A stretch of 64,000 bases of DNA from Dehalococcoidia bacterium (GTDB taxonomy: Bacteria; Chloroflexota; Dehalococcoidia; Lucifugimonadales; UBA3495): NCBI GenBank assembly GCA_963667675.1, contig OY763929.1, forward strand, positions 2,030,358-2,094,357. The letters run 5' to 3'. Below the pieces are notes generated by a model. It saw only the letters and a program-made list of their open reading frames with translations. It had not been told where the DNA came from and searched no databases. Position numbers and translations under genes: made by a program. Shown here in pieces: positions 57,390 to 64,000 of the stretch. The first letter of the stretch is position 1; each line of letters opens with the position of its first letter.

Positions 57390-57896
57390 ATGACTTCACC
57401 AGAAATTGTTCTCCACCCCGCATCGCTAGTTGCCGAAATCAAGAAAAACAACTTCACCCACGTGGTCTGGCTTCCCGACAGCGAGACCAATTTCATGTTC
57501 CAACTGTTGACCAGCGAGGAGTCCTTGCACCTGGTCCCCGTCTGCCGGGAAGGAGAGACCATGGCCATCGCCGCCGGGCTGTGGGTGGGCGGCAAGAAGC
57601 CCGTGGTGCTGATTCAGAACACGGGAATCATGGAGTCCGGAGACTCCATACGAGGGCTTAGCCTGGACATCAACCAACCGCTGGTGATGCTGATCGGCTA
57701 CCGGGGATGGAGCCGCCACGGTGTGACACCGGATTCGGCGGCGCGTTTCATCGAGCACATACTGCACGCCTGGGGCATAAATTTCTACCTGATCGAGACC
57801 GACGAGGACGCCAAGCTGATTAGCATCGCCGCCGAGGAAGCCGAACGAGACCGGAAGCCGGTGGCGGTCCTCATCGGCACCGAGTATGGGACTTAG
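57390..57896 (+). CDS. TPP-dependent decarboxylase, alpha (Pyr-domain) subunit, ComD/phosphonopyruvate-decarboxylase-like
   Basis: 168 aa. VP(V)CREGE..AIAAG.W..GK.P..LIQN.G pattern of the N-terminal TPP-binding domain. Confidence 0.65.
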   Translation: MTSPEIVLHPASLVAEIKKNNFTHVVWLPDSETNFMFQLLTSEESLHLVPVCREGETMAIAAGLWVGGKKPVVLIQNTGIMESGDSIRGLSLDINQPLVMLIGYRGWSRHGVTPDSAARFIEHILHAWGINFYLIETDEDAKLISIAAEEAERDRKPVAVLIGTEYGT

Positions 57897-57923
57897 CGAA
57901 AGCTGGAGACGGAGCAGAGACTG

Positions 57924-58514
57924 ATGATAGACAACGCCGACGCCGTCAGGCTATTGGACAACAAACGCGATGGGGCGGTGATAGTCGCCACGATGAACGC
58001 CAACCACTCCCAATTCGGGTTGGTGGGCGTTTCCAAGAACCCGCACCTAGACTTCCCGATGTCAAACTGCATGGGCAAGTCGTCATCCTTTGCCCTTGGG
58101 GTGGCCCTGTCCCATCCCGAGCGCAAGGTGATGGTCCTGGACGGGGACGGCAGCCTGCTGATGAACCTGGGCACCATGGTGACCATTTCCGAACAGGCCC
58201 CGGACAACCTCATCCACTTTGTGTTCGACAACGGGATCTACGCCATCACCGGAGGGCAGCCGGTGCCGGGGGCCGAGCGGGTCGATTGGAAGAACGCCGC
58301 CGCCGCCGCCGGCTACGCCGCATCTTTTTCCTTCGACAACCTGGAAGACTTGACCGTGGGAATTGACGAGGTGCTGGCCAGCGAGGGCCCGGTGTTCGTG
58401 CACTTGGCGATCACGCCGGAGCCCGAGAACCGGCACCCGCACCACCGTCCCAAGCCGCGCCGGACCATGTTTGACGGCGTCAGGGAATTACCCAAGGCCC
58501 TGAACCAGGACTAG
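57924..58514 (+). CDS. TPP-dependent decarboxylase, beta (PP-domain) subunit, ComE-like
   Basis: Canonical TPP motif GDGSLLMNLG...FVFDNG. Confidence 0.65.
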   Translation: MIDNADAVRLLDNKRDGAVIVATMNANHSQFGLVGVSKNPHLDFPMSNCMGKSSSFALGVALSHPERKVMVLDGDGSLLMNLGTMVTISEQAPDNLIHFVFDNGIYAITGGQPVPGAERVDWKNAAAAAGYAASFSFDNLEDLTVGIDEVLASEGPVFVHLAITPEPENRHPHHRPKPRRTMFDGVRELPKALNQD

Positions 58515-58647
58515 AGGGCCGCGCGCTCATCCGGAACCCAGCCCGTTCAGAGTCCATGGTTTCCCTTCAACCTCATCTGTTCGCCCGCACCGATCCCGGC
58601 TACGCTCCGGTAGGGGCGCTCTCGATGCCGGGCCGAGCATTGGCCGT

Positions 58648-58878
58648 ATGCTAAGTATCCTGGCAAAGGGGCTATTCGGCAGGGCGCTGGGCTACGGCGG
58701 CATTCTCCTGGGTTTCTGGCTGCTGTACCAGGCCTTTTCCAACGCCAACCCCGCTCTGGGACTGCTGGGAGGCGCGGCGATACTGGCTTCCATGTACCTG
58801 ATCGTCGTCAACCGCAGACAAGGCCCGGCATCTGATGCGACCCGTTCAACCGACAACGAGGGGGACGGTACAGCTTGA
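58648..58878 (+). CDS. Small two-TM membrane protein (hypothetical)
   Basis: 76 aa with two hydrophobic helices. Stop overlaps the next start (TTGA). Confidence 0.4.
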   Translation: MLSILAKGLFGRALGYGGILLGFWLLYQAFSNANPALGLLGGAAILASMYLIVVNRRQGPASDATRSTDNEGDGTA

Positions 58879-59444
58879 TCCCGTCGATGGACGCAACCAG
58901 GGCAGTCAACTTCCACCGAAAAGACGCGGTGGTGGTTTCCACTTCGTCGGCCCTGCGGGAGTGGTGCCTGGTGTCGCAGCGCCGGGACCTGGACGTAGAC
59001 CTGAAGGACTGCATGGACCGGGCGCCGGCGGTGGGCTTGGGGCTGGCATTGGCCCAACCCGGAGGCAAGGTGCTGGTGCTGGACTGCGACGCCACCCTGC
59101 GGACGGATTTGGGCAGCCTGGCCACCATAGGCGAATCCCAGCCGGGCAACCTGGTGCATTTGGTGTTCGACGACGGGTCCCACCAGTCCACCCAGGGCAT
59201 GCCCATCAAAGAATTGGACAACCTGGACTTCCAGGCCATGGCCAGCGGGGCCGGCTACGCCAAGACCTACCGGTTTGACCAACTGGAGGAGCTGCTAATC
59301 GGCCTGGAGGAGGCCATGGCGCAGGAAGGCCCGGTGTTCGTGCTGGTGAAAGTGAGCAGGGACGGCGACGCGCCGCCCATGCCGGAACGGACCATGGCAG
59401 AGGGCTGGAACGAGGTGCGGAACGCCCTGGCGGGGAAAGGCTGA
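58875..59444 (+). CDS. Beta-subunit paralog with altered TPP motif
   Basis: Collinear with 57924..58514, but GDGS is replaced by CDAT and FDNG by FDDG. The start could be the TTG at 58875 or the ATG at 58887. Confidence 0.55.
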   Translation: MIPSMDATRAVNFHRKDAVVVSTSSALREWCLVSQRRDLDVDLKDCMDRAPAVGLGLALAQPGGKVLVLDCDATLRTDLGSLATIGESQPGNLVHLVFDDGSHQSTQGMPIKELDNLDFQAMASGAGYAKTYRFDQLEELLIGLEEAMAQEGPVFVLVKVSRDGDAPPMPERTMAEGWNEVRNALAGKG

Positions 59445-59445
59445 C

Positions 59446-60207
59446 CTAGTCTTCGGCGCCGGTGCGGACCAGGATCTGGTGGGCCACGTTGTAGCCGATG
59501 GACATGGTGTCCCGCTGGGTCGCAACCTGCAGCACTCCCAGATACGGAGCGGCCTCCACGACCTTGATTTCATGGTCGGGAACGATCAAGGCGTCCACCA
59601 GGAAGTGCAGCAGCTTGGTGTCTTCCTCCGGCACCCGGGCGACAAGATAGGTCACGCCGGTGGTCGCCTCGTCCAGGGTCAGCGAGTTGGCGGGCACCCG
59701 GGGCTCGCCGGAGCCCGGGATGGGACGTCCGAAGGGCGAGCGGGTGGGGTGGTCCAGGCGCTCGGCCAGCTTCTCCTCCAGTTCGGGGGACATGCCGTGT
59801 TCAAGGCGGTGAGCCTGGGTGTGGGCCTGGTAAAGCTCCATGCCCAGCAGCCGCACCACCAGCCATTCGGCCAAGCGGTGCCTGCGAGCAATGTCCTCGG
59901 CGCCCTCGACGCCCTTCCGGGTCAGCCGGATGCACTTGTCCTGGCCTACCTCCACCAACGCCTGCCGCTGCATCCTGCGTACCATGCCGGTTACCGACGG
60001 CACCGAAGTCCCCAGGCCCTCCGCCGACGGCAGCTTCCTGAGGGTATCGGTCAACTGGGTAATGGTGGGAGGCATCTCAGGGTCGTCTTCCCACATCTTA
60101 TAAAGGGACAGCAGGTAGTTTTCGGTACCGGAGGACAGCCGTTCGTAGGGTTGGTCCGCCGCGGCTAACCCGGTCCGTCTCGCGGTTCTAGTTCGAGTAG
60201 CCATCAC
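59446..60207 (-). CDS. DtxR/IdeR/MntR-family metal-dependent transcriptional regulator with FeoA-like C-terminal domain
   Basis: ENYL..LY, RHRLAEWLV..LLGM and LEH..S pattern. 4-nt overlap with the upstream ABC ATPase gene. Confidence 0.75.
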   Translation of the reverse strand: MMATRTRTARRTGLAAADQPYERLSSGTENYLLSLYKMWEDDPEMPPTITQLTDTLRKLPSAEGLGTSVPSVTGMVRRMQRQALVEVGQDKCIRLTRKGVEGAEDIARRHRLAEWLVVRLLGMELYQAHTQAHRLEHGMSPELEEKLAERLDHPTRSPFGRPIPGSGEPRVPANSLTLDEATTGVTYLVARVPEEDTKLLHFLVDALIVPDHEIKVVEAAPYLGVLQVATQRDTMSIGYNVAHQILVRTGAED

Positions 60208-61391
60208 GCGTCCTGTGAGTCTGCCGCTCCCCCGTCCAGGAAGGGTTTCAGCATGTGGTCATGGCGCACCTTGACGCCCACGGTCTCGCCCACCTGGTAT
60301 TCCGAAGTATGCGGCATGAGGCAGCGCACCGTGTTTCCAGACGGAAGCCCAACCTTATAGATGAAAAAGGCGCCCCGGAATTCCCGCTCCATGACTATAC
60401 CCTGCTCCTCGGTGGACGGATAGCAGTCCAGGCAATCGGGGCGGACCATCACTTCCAATATGGGATCCAGGGGCTCGTCGTCGTGTTCTTCCGGGCCGGG
60501 GCCCCAGTTTGGCTGCCAGGCAACCGAACCTATCTCGGTGACCAGCCGGCCGTCGATTTTGGAAGCGGGCAAGAAGTCCACCATGCCGATGAATTGGGCC
60601 ACGAACCTGGAGGATGGGCTGCCGAACATTTCCCGGGGAGACCCGGTCTGCTCCAGCCGGCCCTGGTTCATAACGGCAACGGTGTCCCCAACGAACAGGG
60701 CTTCTTCCTGGTCGTGGGTGACGAAGACGGTTGTGGTACGGCTATCGCGAATGATGGCCAGGACATCGCGGCGCACCTGGTCGCGCAGCTTGGCGTCCAG
60801 GTTGGCGAAGGGTTCGTCCAAGAGCAGGACGCCGGGCTGAGGGGCCAGGGCCCGCCCCAAGGCCACGCGTTGCTGCTGGCCGCCGGATAGCTCGTGAGGC
60901 ATGCGGTTGCGCAGGTCAGCCAGTCCTATCAGGTCAAGAACGTCGTCCACCCTGCCGTTCTGCTGGTCCCTTCGGCTGAGGCCGAACGCAATATTACGCT
61001 CCACGCTAAGGTGGGGGAAAAGCGCTCCCTCTTGGAACACCATGCCTACCCGGCGATTTTCCGGAGCCACGAAGCTGCCTGCGCCGCTTACGATACGGCC
61101 TGCCAATGCAATGGTGCCTGAGTCGGGCTGCTCGAACCCGGCAATGAGGCGTAGGGTGGTGGTCTTGCCGCAGCCGCTGGCGCCCAACAGCGCCAAAACC
61201 TGGCCGGCGGGTACGGAGAGGTCTAAATTATGTAAAGCCCGGACCTCGCCAAATGACTTGGAGAGGCCGCTGCATTCCAGAGCGGGGCTTTTTCCAGGGG
61301 TTGAGAGAAGAGACTTGCCGTGACCGGAGAAGCCGTTCACTTGCGCTTGCATCAGCGAGACGCCGCCTTGTTCAAACCATCTCCTCCGCAA
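60204..61391 (-). CDS. Fe(3+)/polyamine-type ABC transporter ATP-binding protein
   Basis: Walker A GASGCGKTT, signature LSGGQQQR, Walker B LLLDEP and a C-terminal TOBE-like domain. The start could instead be the ATG at 61352. Confidence 0.8.
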   Translation of the reverse strand: MRRRWFEQGGVSLMQAQVNGFSGHGKSLLSTPGKSPALECSGLSKSFGEVRALHNLDLSVPAGQVLALLGASGCGKTTTLRLIAGFEQPDSGTIALAGRIVSGAGSFVAPENRRVGMVFQEGALFPHLSVERNIAFGLSRRDQQNGRVDDVLDLIGLADLRNRMPHELSGGQQQRVALGRALAPQPGVLLLDEPFANLDAKLRDQVRRDVLAIIRDSRTTTVFVTHDQEEALFVGDTVAVMNQGRLEQTGSPREMFGSPSSRFVAQFIGMVDFLPASKIDGRLVTEIGSVAWQPNWGPGPEEHDDEPLDPILEVMVRPDCLDCYPSTEEQGIVMEREFRGAFFIYKVGLPSGNTVRCLMPHTSEYQVGETVGVKVRHDHMLKPFLDGGAADSQDA

Positions 61392-61644
61392 TCTCCGGCT
61401 AAGATATCAGGGCTAGTTAACCGCTTCATTACGTCCGTACACCCTGAGAACTTAACCGTCGCTAATCCGGGCGGTAGTGTAGACACATATCGTCGCGTTG
61501 TCAATAGGTAATGCCAATCAAAATTAAGAGCAACCGCCGGTATCCGGCCTCCTATGCGTCGACAATCGTCCTCGCCCGCCGTAAAAGCTCACCAAGCAGC
61601 TTCCAGGCTCCAACCCGCCGGCAGGATGCGCGCCGGTGAATCAT

Positions 61645-61858
61645 ATGAAGGCCCTTGACAAACTTTTGATGTTGCTATACATTACCCGCCGTGATTAGTA
61701 TATACATATTTTTATTACATGTAGCATCGTTCTAATATATCATGTCTCGCCATATTTTGTGCTTATCTACAAACAGAATGTCGCTACTCTAGCTGCATTT
61801 CCAGTTCGGATCCAAGCGTTTCACCAAGAGTCAATTTCTAGAATATTGGGAGGTAACC
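61645..61858. promoter_or_regulatory. A/T-rich divergent control region of the iron-uptake locus
   Basis: TTGACA (61655..61660), 17-nt spacer, TACATT on the + strand. Short palindromes (gtatatac, tacatgta) lie downstream. GGGAGG lies before the ATG at 61859. Confidence 0.45.
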
Positions 61859-62896
61859 ATGTCACGGATACGCGCTGCCGTCCTGCTCTTGAGCCTGCTG
61901 GGTCTATTCGCCCTATTTTTGGCGTCCTGCGGCAATGGAAGCCCTGAAGGAGACACCGGCCAAGGACAATCAGAGACATTGACCGTTTACTCCGGGCGCA
62001 GCGAGACTCTGGTAGACCCAATAATCAAACAATTTGAAGAGGCAACGGGCATCGACGTCCAGGTGAAATACGCCAACACGCCCCAACTGGCGGCTACCTT
62101 GCTGGAAGAAGGACAGGGAAGTCCCGCAGACGTCTTCTTTGCCCAGGACCCCGGCGGACTGGGAGCGGTGGAAGACTTGCTGGCCCAGCTTCCGAACAGC
62201 ATTCTAGTCCAGGCTCCCGAGTGGGCCCGGTCGCCCCAGGGGAATTGGGTTGGCCTGTCCGGGAGAGCGCGCACGGTGGTGTACAATACCGACCGGCTGA
62301 CGGAGTCAGACCTGCCGGACGATATCTTTGACTTCACTGATCCCAAGTGGACGGGGCGCATAGGCTGGGCGCCCAGCAACGCCTCGTTTCAGACCATGGT
62401 GACGGCGATGCGGTCTCTTTGGGGGGAAGCCAAGACGCGTTCCTGGTTGGAAGGAATTCAGGCCAACGGCGCCCGGATTTATCCCAAGAACACTCCCATA
62501 GTGGCCGCCGCGGCGGCGGGCGAGATAGACGTGGGATTCGTCAACCACTATTATCTGCACCGGTTCATAGCAGAGGAGGGCGAGGGCTTTCAAGCCCGAA
62601 ACTATCACCCCAGGGCCGGGGGGCCCGGATCTATAATCATGGTAGCCGGCGCCGGGATTCTGGCCACTTCGGAAAATCAGGACATAGCCCAACGATTTCT
62701 GAACTACATGCTGTCCCCGGTCGCCCAGCAATACTTCGCCAGCCAGACCTTCGAATACCCGTTGGTTGACGGAGTCAAGACGCAACGAGGGCTCGTGCCC
62801 CTGGCCGACGTGGCGCACCCCGGCATCCCATTGAAGGAGCTGGCAGACCTTGCCGGCACCCAATCTCTCCTCCGCGACACCGGAATCCTGCCGTAG
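61859..62896 (+). CDS. Iron(III) ABC transporter substrate-binding lipoprotein
   Basis: Lipobox LFLASCG. FbpA/AfuA-like pattern (TVYSGRSE...). Confidence 0.8.
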   Translation: MSRIRAAVLLLSLLGLFALFLASCGNGSPEGDTGQGQSETLTVYSGRSETLVDPIIKQFEEATGIDVQVKYANTPQLAATLLEEGQGSPADVFFAQDPGGLGAVEDLLAQLPNSILVQAPEWARSPQGNWVGLSGRARTVVYNTDRLTESDLPDDIFDFTDPKWTGRIGWAPSNASFQTMVTAMRSLWGEAKTRSWLEGIQANGARIYPKNTPIVAAAAAGEIDVGFVNHYYLHRFIAEEGEGFQARNYHPRAGGPGSIIMVAGAGILATSENQDIAQRFLNYMLSPVAQQYFASQTFEYPLVDGVKTQRGLVPLADVAHPGIPLKELADLAGTQSLLRDTGILP

Positions 62897-63023
62897 CGCT
62901 ACTTCGCTGGATAGCGATATCCCCATAGAACGGACGTGTCGATGATTTTGCTTACATCGCATCAGCGTCGGGTTGCCCGCCAGCCCGGGCCATGGTGATT
63001 CTGCCCGGCTCGCCGAGCGATAG

Positions 63024-64000
63024 AGCCCTCAGGAGCCGGGGAACCGGCTGGACTTAGCCACGCCATCGATACCGACATACAAGGCTGTCCTTTCCGCCCG
63101 GCGACTACTTAGCCGCAGAGATTGGGCCCCGGCGGTTGTCTGGGTCCCCGCCATTGCGGTGGCCGGGGCGGCGCTGCTGCCCCTGGTGTACCTGGTGGTG
63201 CGGACCTTGGGGGCCGGCTCTGAGACCTGGGACGTGCTCTTCCGGCTGCGGGTGCTGGAAATCCTGGGGCGCACCGTGCTGCTGGTGGCGGCGGTCGCCG
63301 CGGGGTCTATTGCGCTGGCCGTTCCGCTGGCCTGGTTGACCGTTCGCACCAATCTTCCCTTCCGCAATGTCTGGGCGGTGTTGACCGCCCTTCCCCTGGT
63401 GATTCCCAGCTACATAGGCGGATTTATCGCCGTGTCCGCCCTTGGCCCCAGGGGAATGCTGCAACGGCTGCTGGAAGGCCCGTTGGGGATAGACCGGCTG
63501 CCAGAAATCTACGGCTTCCCTGGGGCTTTACTGACCCTCGTCTTCCTGAGCTACCCTTACGTGCTGATTACGGTGAGGGCGGGTTTGAGGCGCATGGACA
63601 AGTCCCTGGAGGAAAGCTCCCGCGGCTTGGGGCATAACCCGTGGTCCACTTTCTTCCGGGTGGTGCTGCCCCAACTGCGGCCGTCCATGGCCGCGGGCGC
63701 ATTGCTGGTGGGCCTGTATACCCTCAGCGACTTCGGCGCAGTGTCGCTGCTGCGCTACGAGACCTTTACCTGGGCCATCTTCGTGCAGTACGAGTCGGCC
63801 CTGGACCGGATTATCGGGGCCGCAATGTCCCTGGTGCTGGTGGCGCTGGCGCTGGGCATCGTGGCTACAGAGGCCCTGACCCGCGGGGGCAGCGCACGGT
63901 ATTTCACCAGCGGATCGGGGACGCCCAGGCCCGCCACACCGGTCCAACTTGGCCGCTGGCGCTGGCCGTCGCTGGTATTCTGCGGCGCCGTGGTGTCGGC
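63024..64000 (+). CDS. Iron ABC transporter permease (partial, runs off the window; start unresolved)
   Basis: My translation of the frame open from 63024 gives ..LLPLVYLVVRTLGAGSETWDVL...LPLVIPSYIGGF...ESSRGLGHNPWSTFFRVVLPQLRPS (EAA-loop-like). It is not in the ORF track because there is no stop in the window. The first canonical start in frame is the GTG at 63159, which would cut TM1. Confidence 0.65.

Noticed and set aside
57894-57926. The ComD-like and ComE-like genes are also in one frame, separated by a TAG plus 9 codons, so this could be a disrupted fused ComDE.
   Set aside because: Split alpha/beta genes are the common bacterial arrangement. The spacer contains a GGAG ribosome-binding site for the second gene. 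There is no evidence for read-through.

Overview
G+C-rich bacterial chromosomal segment with several visibly A/T-richer islets. Gene content includes multiple LLM/F420-type oxidoreductases, amidohydrolases, aldo/keto reductases, ThyX, GatCA plus AsnRS and a 2-oxoacid:ferredoxin oxidoreductase. This suggests a Chloroflexota-like organism, but that is inference only. I can support about 60 protein genes, one tRNA (tRNA-Sec, selC), a bacterial type-A RNase P RNA, two disrupted genes (a vapC with an in-frame TAG and a frameshifted NCS2 permease) and four mosaic clusters of short palindromic REP/MITE-like repeats. No rRNA, CRISPR array, transposase or integrase was seen. Items worth a second look: (1) an A/T-richer islet between lpdA and tatA carrying a Septu-like ATPase+HNH pair and, divergently, an uncharacterised minimal nucleotidyltransferase + XRE-HTH pair. 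(2) A second islet between inverted aldo/keto-reductase paralogs with hicAB and an orphan PD-(D/E)xK-like 353-aa protein. (3) A tandemly duplicated, signal-peptide-less DUF1800/DUF1501/NHL-repeat cassette. (4) A 1504-aa secreted repeat protein bracketed by near-identical ~108-nt direct repeats. (5) An RlmD(m5U methyltransferase)-Maf fusion ORF translationally coupled to tatBC. (6) A split TPP decarboxylase operon with an extra beta-like paralog whose TPP motif is altered. All functional calls come from motif and family recognition by eye in the supplied translations. No database search was run.
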